The notes under the pieces were generated by a model that searched no databases, had not been told where the DNA came from, and worked only from the letters and a program-made list of their open reading frames with translations. A DNA stretch of 64,000 nt from an uncultured Verrucomicrobiae bacterium (lineage in GTDB: Bacteria; Verrucomicrobiota; Verrucomicrobiia; Limisphaerales; UBA11358), in assembly GCA_963842445.1 (NCBI GenBank), contig CAWJHF010000017.1, forward strand, positions 11,706 through 75,705, in the 5' to 3' direction. Each line of letters begins with the position of its first letter. The first letter of the stretch is position 1. A program made the translations under genes and the position numbers. Shown piece after piece: positions 20,071 through 29,120 of the stretch.

Positions 20071-21033
20071 TTAACTCAATTCCCGTTCCTCAAACAACGC
20101 CGTCCCGACGGCGAGCGCCGCGCCCGCGTAGGCGACCGCATAGGCAAATGCCTTGCCGACGTAAGTCCAGTGGAACGTGTTTTTGCCCATGCTCAAGGCG
20201 TCCGCGAGCCAGAAAAGCTGCCAGTTTGGTATCGCCGTGTAAAGCGCCGACGCCCACCATTCGCCGGCTTCGGCGCGCCGGCCAATGAAGTAATCCGACA
20301 TCAGCCCAATCAAAAAAAACGCCGAGCAGACCGCCAGAGTGGGAATCGTGTCCAGCCGCGTCGAACACGCCAGCGCCAGCGCCGCCAGAACCCATAACGC
20401 GAACAGAACCAGAATTCCCGCCGGCACCAGCCTCCAATCCACCTGCGCCCGCACGCCAAGGCTCTGCATTTGCCGGGTGAACTGAAAAATGACAAACGCT
20501 GCCAACGTCACCAGCACCAGCAACGCCAGCACCGCGTCGCTCACGAACGGCCGCCTCAGAAAAAAATTGCTGAAGCCCGCCAGCCCGTAGGCCAGCACCA
20601 CTGCGGCCCCAAAAACGCCAAGCGCGGGCAAATCAGTTTTGCCGTAGGCGTCGAATGACATCCAGCTCGCCAGCAGCACGCCGATGAGGTTCACATACGT
20701 CAGCACTGTCAACGCCGCCGCCAATCCGGCGTATTTCGCCAGCAAAAATTGCGCGCGCCCAACCGGCTTGGACAGCACTGCCAGCGCCGTGCCGGTGCGG
20801 ATTTCCCGCGCCAGCGACGCCGACGCGCTCAACACCGCGCCGAACAGCCCCGACAACAGCATCACCGCCAGCGCGCTGTTTTGGACCAGCTTCGGCTCGT
20901 CGCCGAATGCGAAGTAATACGGCACCGCCAGGAATATCTCAAAAAGCACCGACGCCGTCATCAGCAGCAAAAACACTGGCTGCCGGATCAACTCCATGAA
21001 GGCGTTCGCGGCTATGGTCAAAAACTGTCGCAT
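20071..21033 (-). CDS. ABC-2-type permease-like integral membrane protein
   Basis: Six or more hydrophobic segments, plus LAREIRTGTALAVLSKPVGRAQFLLAKY, which is typical of ABC-2/NosY-like permeases. ATG at 21033 is preferred over 21099. Confidence 0.65.
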   Translation of the reverse strand: MRQFLTIAANAFMELIRQPVFLLLMTASVLFEIFLAVPYYFAFGDEPKLVQNSALAVMLLSGLFGAVLSASASLAREIRTGTALAVLSKPVGRAQFLLAKYAGLAAALTVLTYVNLIGVLLASWMSFDAYGKTDLPALGVFGAAVVLAYGLAGFSNFFLRRPFVSDAVLALLVLVTLAAFVIFQFTRQMQSLGVRAQVDWRLVPAGILVLFALWVLAALALACSTRLDTIPTLAVCSAFFLIGLMSDYFIGRRAEAGEWWASALYTAIPNWQLFWLADALSMGKNTFHWTYVGKAFAYAVAYAGAALAVGTALFEERELS

Positions 21034-21167
21034 GTCGAATGTGCCGGACAGGTTACGAACTCGGCTGCAAATTGCCAGCAGTGAATCCGTCCAAAACACA
21101 GGTCATACTTGAAATTCCATGGAAATTGAGCCTGTGGCGGGCGATTGCGTTCAAACGAAATTGCCGT

Positions 21168-23711
21168 TCAGGCCATCACCCGCGCGATGGAATTCCACCA
21201 CACGTCGTGCAATTCAGTCATCGGTGCACTGAGTTCGCCGGCAGCGGTCCTAATGGCCAGCTTGTCGCCGCCGACTTTGCCGATTTGAATTGCCGGAACA
21301 CCCATCAATCTCGCGCGTTCGACCACTTTCACCGCGTCAAGCGGTCTGCACGTGATGACTACGCGGCTTTGCGTTTCGCCAAATAGCAACGCGTCGAGAC
21401 GCAACGCAGGACAGGCATCTTGCCCGCCTCCATTTTTTAAATCAGTTTGAGACAGGCTGGAAGCCTGTCCTACGGCCGTCAAATCTACCGTCGCGCCAAT
21501 CAGCCGTGGTGTCTCGCGCGCGACGAGCTGGCTGATGCAGCTTTCGGCCAGACACACCGCCAGGCCGCCTTCACTGCAATCGTGGGCGCTTTTCACCAGA
21601 CCACTTTGGATGAGTCCGAGCAGCGTTGTGTGCAATGTCTTTGCGGTTTCCAAATCACAGCGTGGCGGCGTGCCGGTTTTTTTGCCGTGAACGACTTGCA
21701 GATAAGCCGAACCGCCGAGACCGAGCAACGGATCGTTTGCATCCACCGCGTCACCGAGCAAAATGATCGCGTCGCCATCGTCCTTGAACCATTGCGTCGT
21801 GACGTGTTCCGGTTTTTCGATCAGGCCGACCACCACCACCGTTGGTGTCGGGTCAATCGGGCCGTTCGGGCTTTGATTGTAAAGTGAGCAATTGCCGCCG
21901 GTGACGGGCGCATTGAACGCCCGGCACGCGTCGGCCAGGCCGCGCACGGATTCCTTGATCTGCCAGAACAAATCCGGCTTGAGCGGGCTGGGCATATTGA
22001 GGTTGTCCGTCGTGCCGAGTGGCACCGCGCCGGAACAAGCCAGATTGCGGCAGGCCTCGGCCATCACGATCTTCGCGCCTTCGTAAGGATCGAGATAGAC
22101 GTAGGTCCCGTTGCCGTCCACCGACAATGCAATCAACTTTGTGGGAAAGGCATCCTGCCTGTCTCCATTTTCATTTTTAATTTGAGACAGGCTGGAAGCC
22201 TGTCCTACGTCGGGCAACGAATCTTCCTTGATACGCAGCACCGCCGCGTCGCTGCCGGGGCAGACGACCGAGCCGTCGCGAACCATGTGATCGTATTGGC
22301 GGTAAACCCAGTTCTTCGATGCAATCGTCGGCCACGCCAGCAATTTCAGCAGATCGGAGATGGGAGATTGGGAATCGGGAATTCCATCCAACCGGAACGC
22401 GCGGACCTCCTTCAAATACTCCGGTTCACGCGATTCGGGATGATATACCGGCGATTCGTCGGCGATTTTCTTCGCCGGTATGTCGGCGACAATTTTCCCA
22501 CCATGCCGCACGACCATGCGGCCGGTATCGGTCACGCTGCCGATTTCCGACCACGGCAAGTCCCACTTGTCGAAAATGCGTTTCACTTCCTCTTCGCGGC
22601 CTTTGTGGACGATGATAAGCATCCGCTCCTGCGATTCCGAGAGCATAATTTCGTAGCTGCTCATGTTCGGTGCGCGTTGCGGGACTTTGTCCAACTCAAT
22701 CTCGATGCCGGTGCCGGCACGCGCGGCGGTTTCGCAAGTCGAGCAGGTCAATCCTGCCGCGCCCATGTCCTGAATCCCCGCGACGGCGCCGGTGGCCAAC
22801 AGCTCAAGGCACGCTTCACACACGAGCTTTTCCATGAACGGATCGCCGACCTGCACCGCGCCACGCTGTTGTTCGGCGGATTCCTCCGTCAAATCCTGCG
22901 ACGCAAACGCCGCGCCCGCGAGGCCGTCGCGGCCAGTGGCGGGGCCGACATAAAACACCGGGTTGCCCACGCCTTTGGCCGCGCCGCGCGCGATTTGTTC
23001 GTGCCGCAGCACGCCGAGGCAGAAGGCGTTTACGAGCGGATTGCCTTCGTAGCTCTTGTCGAAATAGACCTCACCCGCAATGGTCGGGATGCCGAAGCAA
23101 TTGCCGTAGTGCGCAATGCCGGCCACGACACCGGCGAACAACCGGCGGTTGTTCAGAACTTCGGATCGGGGAGCACACGCGCCCTCGCGTGTTGTGGTCG
23201 GCGCCTCGCCGATCACTTCGGCCGGCGCGGTCTTCTGCTCGGCGGGGGCGCAGAGCGGTGCACGCGAGGCGCGTGCGCTCCCCATTTCAATTCCGTTCTC
23301 GGTAATCGGCCCAAAACGCAGGGAATTCACCGAGCAAATCGGCCGCGCGCCCATCGTGAAAATGTCACGCACGATGCCGCCCACGCCCGTGGCCGCGCCT
23401 TGGAACGGCTCGACCGCGCTCGGATGATTGTGCGATTCCATCTTGAACGCAATGGCCAGACCGTCGCCGATGTCAATGATGCCGGCGTTCTCCTCGCCTG
23501 CCCCGACGAGGATTTTTTTGGATTTGGTGGGGAACGTTTTCAGCAACGGACGCGTGTTTTTGTAGCTGCAATGCTCGCTCCACATCACCGAGAAGATGCC
23601 CAGCTCGGTATAACTCGGCTGGCGGCCGAGGAGACGCTGGATGTTGGCATATTCCTCCGGCGTGAGGTTGTGTTTGGCAACCAACTCTGGGGTGATGGCG
23701 GGTTCGGTCAT
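21168..23711 (-). CDS. purL: phosphoribosylformylglycinamidine synthase subunit PurL, with three extra in-frame segments
   Basis: [35 protein letters not shown], and other PurL hallmarks. The ORF is 847 aa, compared with the ~740 aa I recall for Bacillus PurL. Confidence 0.9.
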   Translation of the reverse strand: MTEPAITPELVAKHNLTPEEYANIQRLLGRQPSYTELGIFSVMWSEHCSYKNTRPLLKTFPTKSKKILVGAGEENAGIIDIGDGLAIAFKMESHNHPSAVEPFQGAATGVGGIVRDIFTMGARPICSVNSLRFGPITENGIEMGSARASRAPLCAPAEQKTAPAEVIGEAPTTTREGACAPRSEVLNNRRLFAGVVAGIAHYGNCFGIPTIAGEVYFDKSYEGNPLVNAFCLGVLRHEQIARGAAKGVGNPVFYVGPATGRDGLAGAAFASQDLTEESAEQQRGAVQVGDPFMEKLVCEACLELLATGAVAGIQDMGAAGLTCSTCETAARAGTGIEIELDKVPQRAPNMSSYEIMLSESQERMLIIVHKGREEEVKRIFDKWDLPWSEIGSVTDTGRMVVRHGGKIVADIPAKKIADESPVYHPESREPEYLKEVRAFRLDGIPDSQSPISDLLKLLAWPTIASKNWVYRQYDHMVRDGSVVCPGSDAAVLRIKEDSLPDVGQASSLSQIKNENGDRQDAFPTKLIALSVDGNGTYVYLDPYEGAKIVMAEACRNLACSGAVPLGTTDNLNMPSPLKPDLFWQIKESVRGLADACRAFNAPVTGGNCSLYNQSPNGPIDPTPTVVVVGLIEKPEHVTTQWFKDDGDAIILLGDAVDANDPLLGLGGSAYLQVVHGKKTGTPPRCDLETAKTLHTTLLGLIQSGLVKSAHDCSEGGLAVCLAESCISQLVARETPRLIGATVDLTAVGQASSLSQTDLKNGGGQDACPALRLDALLFGETQSRVVITCRPLDAVKVVERARLMGVPAIQIGKVGGDKLAIRTAAGELSAPMTELHDVWWNSIARVMA
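21409..21473. repeat. palindromic element family A, copy 1 (inside purL)
   Basis: Core tttgagacaggctggaagcctgtcctacg at 21446-21474 is identical to 22181-22209. The hairpin is gacaggc-tggaa-gcctgtc. Confidence 0.9.
22149..22209. repeat. palindromic element family A, copy 2 (inside purL)
   Basis: Same 29-nt core. In addition, cctgcctgtctc (22154-22165) is the inverted partner (11 of 12) of gagacaggctgg (22184-22195), across an AT-rich loop. Confidence 0.9.
23168..23283. repeat. palindromic element family B (inside purL)
   Basis: Arm ggggagcacacgcgccctcgcgtg (23168-23191) pairs with inverted arm cacgcgaggcgcgtgcgctcccc (23261-23283), with one mismatch and one indel. The spacer is about 69 nt. 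Confidence 0.85.
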
Positions 23712-24268
23712 TTCAATTTCCCTCGCAATTTCTTCGCGGACAATGCGAGCGCGGTTTCATAGCCGCCCCCGAATGCAAGTCGCGTTATGTCCTTCAAATT
23801 GAATTTCATTTTACCACTCCACTTTGCACTGGGATTTAAATCGTAAATCACGAGTGTTTTCTCGGTGAATCCAGCGAGCGTTCCAATCCAGCAAGCGTCA
23901 TCCTCAACCAATTCCTTTTCGATAGTAACAAGTGAAAATTTTTTGCTGGCGGATTTAATGGCTTCTTCGAGTGACGAGATGGAAACGCCAGGATGAATTG
24001 GCTTTAGTCCGTTCATATTCGCCGCTTTGTTTTGCCAGCAGCCTTTCTTGTCGAAAACCCTTTGGTGCTTGACGTCCTGCTCACGAATCACGACGTAGCC
24101 ATTCAGGGTGAATGTGTTCCACTCAAGCAGATGCAGTAGTATCAAGGAATCGTTGAAATCCAGAACAAACCCAGCGATTCGCTCATTAATTCGCGGGCGG
24201 CGATCAAGCTCAATTAAGTATTTCCTTTCCTGACAGCGTCGAAGCAAAGCTTTGAACTTCGGGTGCAT
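23708..24268 (-). CDS. orphan hypothetical protein embedded between purQ and purL
   Basis: 186-aa ORF starting 8 nt after the purQ stop. Its stop overlaps the purL start. It is visibly AT-richer than its neighbours and carries no motif I recognise. Confidence 0.6.
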   Translation of the reverse strand: MHPKFKALLRRCQERKYLIELDRRPRINERIAGFVLDFNDSLILLHLLEWNTFTLNGYVVIREQDVKHQRVFDKKGCWQNKAANMNGLKPIHPGVSISSLEEAIKSASKKFSLVTIEKELVEDDACWIGTLAGFTEKTLVIYDLNPSAKWSGKMKFNLKDITRLAFGGGYETALALSAKKLRGKLK

Positions 24269-24276
24269 ATACGTGA

Positions 24277-24987
24277 TTATGCCGCTTTCGCCACAGTTTT
24301 CTTTTCCAGCGCGGTAAAGATGCTTTCAAAAATCCATTTGCCTTCGTCGCTGCCTAACACCGGTTCGCTGGCGCGTTCGGGATGCGGCATCAGGCCGGCC
24401 ACGTTGCGGCGTTCGCTGCAGATGCCAGCGATGTTCTGCACGGAACCGTTGGGATTCGCGGTGTCGGTCAGGTTCCCATTGGCATCGCAGTATTGCCACA
24501 GGATTTGGTTGCCCAGCTTGAGCCGGGCGAGCGTTTCTTCATCCGCGTAATAGCAGCCTTCGCCGTGGGCGATGGGAAGTTTCAGCCATTTGCCCGGCGG
24601 AATTTTGTTCGTGAACGGCGAATCCGGCGTGGCGGTTTTCAGGAAAATGTGTTCGCAGTGGAACTGCAAATCGCGGTTGCGGATGAGCGCGCCGGGCAGC
24701 AGGCCGGCCTCGGTAAGCACTTGAAAGCCGTTGCAGATGCCAAGCACCAGCCCGCCGTTGTCGGCGAATTGTTTCACGGCCTGCATCACCGGGCTGAACC
24801 GCGCGATGGCGCCGCAACGCAGATAATCGCCGTAGCTGAATCCGCCAGGCACGATGACGGCGTCGGCAACGCCGAGGGAATTTTCCTTGTGCCAGACGTA
24901 ACGCGCCGAATGGCCGAGCAGCCCGATGGCGTGGATGGCGTCCTGGTCGCAGTTGCTGGCGGGGAATTGTAAAACAGCGAAGTTCAT
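24277..24987 (-). CDS. purQ: phosphoribosylformylglycinamidine synthase subunit PurQ (glutaminase)
   Basis: VPGGFSYGDYLR and GICNGFQ (catalytic Cys), plus a MPHPER-type C-terminal motif. Confidence 0.9.
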   Translation of the reverse strand: MNFAVLQFPASNCDQDAIHAIGLLGHSARYVWHKENSLGVADAVIVPGGFSYGDYLRCGAIARFSPVMQAVKQFADNGGLVLGICNGFQVLTEAGLLPGALIRNRDLQFHCEHIFLKTATPDSPFTNKIPPGKWLKLPIAHGEGCYYADEETLARLKLGNQILWQYCDANGNLTDTANPNGSVQNIAGICSERRNVAGLMPHPERASEPVLGSDEGKWIFESIFTALEKKTVAKAA

Positions 24988-25074
24988 TTATGATTGATGA
25001 TTTATGATCTATGATTTACGCGCAAACCGGCGGGCGATCCGCCAATCATCAATCGTAAATCATAAATCATAAAT
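24988..25074. repeat. two oppositely oriented arrays of ATT[TG]A[TC]G heptamers flanking a GC-rich core
   Basis: Left arm is 24988-25020 and right arm is 25043-25074, around the core cgcaaaccggcgggcgatccgc. It lies between purQ and purS. Confidence 0.85.
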
Positions 25075-25079
25075 TTCGG

Positions 25080-25322
25080 CTATTCGATTTCCAGTTTGTA
25101 ATCCTCAATGATGGGGTTGCTCAAAAACTTGTGCGCCGCGTCGTTCAATGCCCGGAGTGCGGCGACTTTGTCCGCGCCGGGGACGAGGTCAATCTCGATG
25201 TATTTCCCGACGTGAACAGCGGCCACGCCCTGGTAACCCATTTGTTCGAGGGCGTTCTGGACGGTTTTGCCCTGCGGATCGAGCACGGCTTTCTTGGGGG
25301 TGATGACAATTTTTGCTTTCAT
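25080..25322 (-). CDS. purS: phosphoribosylformylglycinamidine synthase subunit PurS
   Basis: 80-aa MKAKIVITPKKAVLDPQGKTVQNALEQMGY..., typical of PurS. The longer ORF in the track (to 25775) is an upstream extension lacking coding character. Confidence 0.85.
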   Translation of the reverse strand: MKAKIVITPKKAVLDPQGKTVQNALEQMGYQGVAAVHVGKYIEIDLVPGADKVAALRALNDAAHKFLSNPIIEDYKLEIE

Positions 25323-25427
25323 TCGCGCGCGGTGGAATGTTGCGAAAAAATCCGCCGCCGGGCGAGCAATTTTTGAATTCGCGCAACAGCATTGAATTTG
25401 TCCGCCCGCTGCGCCATTGTTTGGGCC

Positions 25428-26984
25428 ATGGCTGACTCTGAACATTTCGACGAAGCGCTGGCCGGCCACATCGGCGCGGAACGCAAGGCGCTGGAACCCT
25501 GCACCATTGTCATCTTTGGCGCGAGCGGCGATCTCACGGCGCGTAAACTCATTCCTGCGTTTTATCATCTCTACAAGGACAAGTTGATGCCCTCGGCATT
25601 TCGCATCGTGGGCTTTGCGCGGCGCGAAAAAACCGATGAGTCGTGGCGAATGGAATTGCGCGCGGCGCTCGACCAGTTTTCCCGCACTAAACCCGTGGAC
25701 GACACCGTCTGGCAGAAATTTGCGGGAAACCTGTCTTATTGCCAGGGCGACGTGACCGACACGGCCGCCTACCATAAGCTTGAAGAACTGCTCACCTCAT
25801 TTGGCAGCGCGCCGTTGCGCGAGAACGCGCTGTTTTATCTGGCCACCCTGCCCAGCCAGTTCGGAACGGTCATTGAAAACGTGCATCGGGCCGGCCTGCT
25901 GCACAAAGAGGGAGCGGGCTGGCAGCGCATCGTCGTCGAGAAACCGTTCGGGCATGACCTCGCGTCCGCACATGCGCTGAACGCCGAACTGACGCGCTTC
26001 GCCCACGAGCAACAGGTCTGCCGTATTGACCATTACCTCGGCAAGGAAACGGTTGCGAACATCTTGATGTTCCGATTTTCCAATTCGATTTTCGAGCGGC
26101 TTTGGAACCGCAACCTGATTGACCGCGTGCAAATCACCGTGAGCGAAAAATTCGGCGTCGGCCAGCGCGGCGGCTATTACGAGGAAGCCGGCGCGCTCCG
26201 CGACATGGTGCAAAACCACATGCTCCAGGTCCTCGCGCTCATCGCGATGGAACCGCCCGTGTCCCTCGACTCCGAATCCATCCGCGATGAAAAAGTGAAA
26301 CTGCTCAAATCCATCCGGCCGCTGGGTCCCGACGACGTGGCGCGGCAGGTGGTGCGCGGCCAATACTTTGCCGGAACGGTGGATGGGAAGCCGGTGTTGG
26401 GCTACCGGCAAGAAGTCAAGGTGAAGCCCGATTCCAACGTTGAAACCTACGTCGCGCTGAAGCTATTCATTGACAACTGGCGCTGGTCCGGCGTCCCGTT
26501 TTATTTGCGCACGGGCAAATACCTGCCGCAAAGCACGAGTGAAGTGCGGGTCCAATTCCGCCCCACGCCGCACGTGCTGTTCGCCGCGCAGTTGGGGCAG
26601 AAATTGGATCCCAATGCCATCGCGCTGCGGCTCCAGCCGAACGAAGGCATTTATCTCCGCTTCAACGGCAAGGTGCCCGGCATGAGCCTCGGCGTGCGGC
26701 CGGTGCGGATGAATTTCAGTTACGACGCGGAGTTCGGCGCCTACACACCGGAAGCTTATGAACGGCTGCTGCTCGAAGCCATCGCCGGTGATGCCACACT
26801 GTTCATCCGCCGCGACGAGGTGGAAACCGCGTGGCAAATCGTGGATTCCATCCGCGCGGGCTGGAAAGACAAGCCGCTGACGAACCGCGAATTTTACGCC
26901 GCCGGCACGTGGGGGCCGGTCGCGTCGGACGATTTGCTCGCCCAAGGCGGTCACGCCTGGCATGAGCCATTGCCGGCGCCATGA
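25428..26984 (+). CDS. zwf: glucose-6-phosphate 1-dehydrogenase
   Basis: FGASGDLTARKL (NADP site), RIDHYLGKE, and EKPFG motifs. Confidence 0.9.
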   Translation: MADSEHFDEALAGHIGAERKALEPCTIVIFGASGDLTARKLIPAFYHLYKDKLMPSAFRIVGFARREKTDESWRMELRAALDQFSRTKPVDDTVWQKFAGNLSYCQGDVTDTAAYHKLEELLTSFGSAPLRENALFYLATLPSQFGTVIENVHRAGLLHKEGAGWQRIVVEKPFGHDLASAHALNAELTRFAHEQQVCRIDHYLGKETVANILMFRFSNSIFERLWNRNLIDRVQITVSEKFGVGQRGGYYEEAGALRDMVQNHMLQVLALIAMEPPVSLDSESIRDEKVKLLKSIRPLGPDDVARQVVRGQYFAGTVDGKPVLGYRQEVKVKPDSNVETYVALKLFIDNWRWSGVPFYLRTGKYLPQSTSEVRVQFRPTPHVLFAAQLGQKLDPNAIALRLQPNEGIYLRFNGKVPGMSLGVRPVRMNFSYDAEFGAYTPEAYERLLLEAIAGDATLFIRRDEVETAWQIVDSIRAGWKDKPLTNREFYAAGTWGPVASDDLLAQGGHAWHEPLPAP

Positions 26985-27706
26985 AAAATTTCGAACTGAT
27001 TTCCTTCGCCACCGCCGATGAACTGGCCCGCACCGTCGCCGCCAAGTGGCTGGACGAAATTGAATCCGTCAATCGCACCGGCAAATCGCATTGCGTTGCG
27101 TTGTCCGGCGGACGCATCGCGCAGAAATTTTTGGGGGCAGCGGTCGAACAGGCCAAGGCACGGGCGATTTCATTCGCCCGCGTCCATTTTTTCTGGGCGG
27201 ACGAGCGTTGTGTTCCGCCGGATGACAGGGAAAGCAACTTTCGGCTGGCGGACAAACTTTTGTTCGCGCCGCTGAAGATTTCCGAAAGCCAAATTCATCG
27301 CATTCGCGGCGAATTGCCGCCGGGGGCTGCAGCCGCCCAAGCTACATCGGAAATTTCCGAAATCACGCCGCGGAACAAGAGCGGCCAGCCGGTGCTGGAT
27401 CTGATTTTTCTCGGCATGGGCGAGGACGGCCATGTGGCGTCGCTGTTTCCGAGCGAAATTGAAGCTGTCAATTCTGATAATGCGGTTTATCGCGCCGTGA
27501 AAAACTCGCCCAAACCGCCGCCGAATCGCGTTACACTTGGCTACGCGGCCATCGCGGCGGCGCGGCAGGTTTGGGTGCTGGTTTCCGGGGCGGGCAAGGA
27601 GGCGGCATTGCACGAATCGCTTGCTGCCAATGGTTATACACCTCTGGCACGAGTGACTAAATTTAGGACACAGACAAGAATTTTTTGCGATTTTTTGCCG
27701 ATTTGA
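26981..27706 (+). CDS. pgl: 6-phosphogluconolactonase
   Basis: ALSGG, FWADERCVPPDD, and LGMGEDGHVASLFP motifs. Its start overlaps the zwf stop. Confidence 0.85.
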   Translation: MKNFELISFATADELARTVAAKWLDEIESVNRTGKSHCVALSGGRIAQKFLGAAVEQAKARAISFARVHFFWADERCVPPDDRESNFRLADKLLFAPLKISESQIHRIRGELPPGAAAAQATSEISEITPRNKSGQPVLDLIFLGMGEDGHVASLFPSEIEAVNSDNAVYRAVKNSPKPPPNRVTLGYAAIAAARQVWVLVSGAGKEAALHESLAANGYTPLARVTKFRTQTRIFCDFLPI

Positions 27707-27773
27707 GCGCGCTAAAAAAAGTAAAAAATTTTTTGAACAATTTGCGTTTTCGCTCCGTCTATGTCATCATAAG

Positions 27774-27909
27774 TAGTGAGGATTTCGCTGTTCGTTTAGG
27801 GTTGGCATAGAGGTTTTGCTTGTGGCGCGGCTCGAACAGCGACCCCCAAGTTGGTCGCGCCACCCTTCTGAGCGCCCGGGTGAGGGCGTATAAACCTCGT
27901 CACTGCGGG
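27774..27909 (+). ncRNA. candidate structured RNA (unclassified) preceding an intrinsic terminator
   Basis: Complementary pairs: 27774-27780 with 27895-27904; 27786-27794 with 27833-27841; 27822-27829 with 27856-27863 (interleaved with the previous pair, so pseudoknot-capable); and the hairpin 27873-27877 with 27884-27888. No ORF is present. Confidence 0.3.
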
Positions 27910-27939
27910 GGCCGGACGCAAGTCCGGCCTTTCGCGTTT
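27910..27939 (+). terminator. Rho-independent terminator
   Basis: ggccggac-gcaa-gtccggcc (8-bp GC-rich stem with a GNRA-like loop), followed by tttcgcgttta. Confidence 0.6.
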
Positions 27940-28079
27940 ATACCGGCCTGATTTTATTCCCGCGCCAAAACGTGATCGCGGGCAGATTAAGATTAAAATT
28001 ATGATTACGACGCGACCTCGAAATCCAACCTCGAAATCCGATTGATTGACCGGCGAAAAGGGTTTAGTCTTCCTGACGC

Positions 28080-29114
28080 ATGAAACATCAGCTCGATTTC
28101 GAGAAACCGATCATCGAACTGCAAGCCAAGCTCGAAGAACTCCGCGAGCACCCGGAAAAACATTCGCTGGACGTCAGCTTTGAGGAGGAAATCCAGCTCA
28201 TCGAAAAAAAGCTGGATGAAACCCGCCGGCAGATTTTTTCCAATCTCACCGCCTGGGAACGGGTGCAATTGGCGCGGTATCCGACACGTCCCTACACACT
28301 GGACTATTTGCGGACGACGTTCGCGGATTTTCAGGAACTGCATGGCGACCGGCTTTTCGCCGAGGACCGCGCGATGGTTGGCGGATTTGCGAAACTGGGT
28401 GAACACCGTGTCATGGTTATTGGCACGCAAAAAGGCCGCGACACCAAGGAAAACATTCTGCGCAATTTCGGCTCCGCGCATCCCGAAGGCTATCGCAAGG
28501 CGCTGCGCCTGATGCGGCTCGCCAGCAAATTCGGCCTGCCCATCATCACGCTCATTGACACCTCCGGCGCGTATCCGGGCATTGGCGCGGAGGAACGCCA
28601 CATCGCCGAGGCCATTGCCGTCAATCTGCGCGAGATGACTTTGCTCGAAGTCCCAATTATCGCCGCCGTCATTGGCGAAGGCGGTTCCGGCGGCGCGCTG
28701 GGCATCGGCGTAGCCGACCGCGTTTTGATATTGGAAAATGCTTATTATTCCGTCATCCCCCCCGAAGGTTGCGCGGCGATTTTGTGGAGAGACCGCACCG
28801 CCACCGCCAAAGCCGCCGAAGCCCTGCGCATCACGGCGAAGGATCTGTTCGAACTCAAACTCGTGGACGAAATCGTGCCCGAACCGCTCGGCGGCGCGCA
28901 CAACGACCCAGCCGCGACCGGTGAAACCTTGAAAACGCATTTGCTCAAACACCTCAATGAACTCCTCGCATTGCCGGTCGCCGAGCGTTTGAAAAAGCGT
29001 TACGAAAAATACCGGGCGCATGGGCATTTCCTCGAGAAAGTCCCCGCTCCGGCGGAAAAGGCCGAGCCGGCCGTAAATGGCGCCGCCACCGCCGCTGTTT
29101 CTCCAGCCGCGTAA
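28080..29114 (+). CDS. accA: acetyl-CoA carboxylase carboxyltransferase alpha subunit
   Basis: LDFEKPIIELQAKLEEL, RPYTLDY, and IDTSGAYPGIGAEERHIAEAIA are hallmark AccA motifs. Confidence 0.9.
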   Translation: MKHQLDFEKPIIELQAKLEELREHPEKHSLDVSFEEEIQLIEKKLDETRRQIFSNLTAWERVQLARYPTRPYTLDYLRTTFADFQELHGDRLFAEDRAMVGGFAKLGEHRVMVIGTQKGRDTKENILRNFGSAHPEGYRKALRLMRLASKFGLPIITLIDTSGAYPGIGAEERHIAEAIAVNLREMTLLEVPIIAAVIGEGGSGGALGIGVADRVLILENAYYSVIPPEGCAAILWRDRTATAKAAEALRITAKDLFELKLVDEIVPEPLGGAHNDPAATGETLKTHLLKHLNELLALPVAERLKKRYEKYRAHGHFLEKVPAPAEKAEPAVNGAATAAVSPAA

Positions 29115-29120
29115 ACCAAA

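Noticed and set aside
21409-23283. Inteins or self-splicing introns as an explanation for the extra segments in purL, hemL and rimO.
   Set aside because: The segments are only 20-45 codons long and lack intein splicing motifs (no Cys/Ser...HN-Cys/Ser/Thr blocks) and intron core structures. Their nucleotide-level identity to intergenic repeats points to repeat insertion instead.
25323-25775. Upstream extension of the purS ORF, shown in the track as a 231-aa ORF.
   Set aside because: The extension overlaps the divergent zwf gene and is Arg/Ala-rich without coding character. The canonical 80-aa PurS starts at the ATG at 25322.
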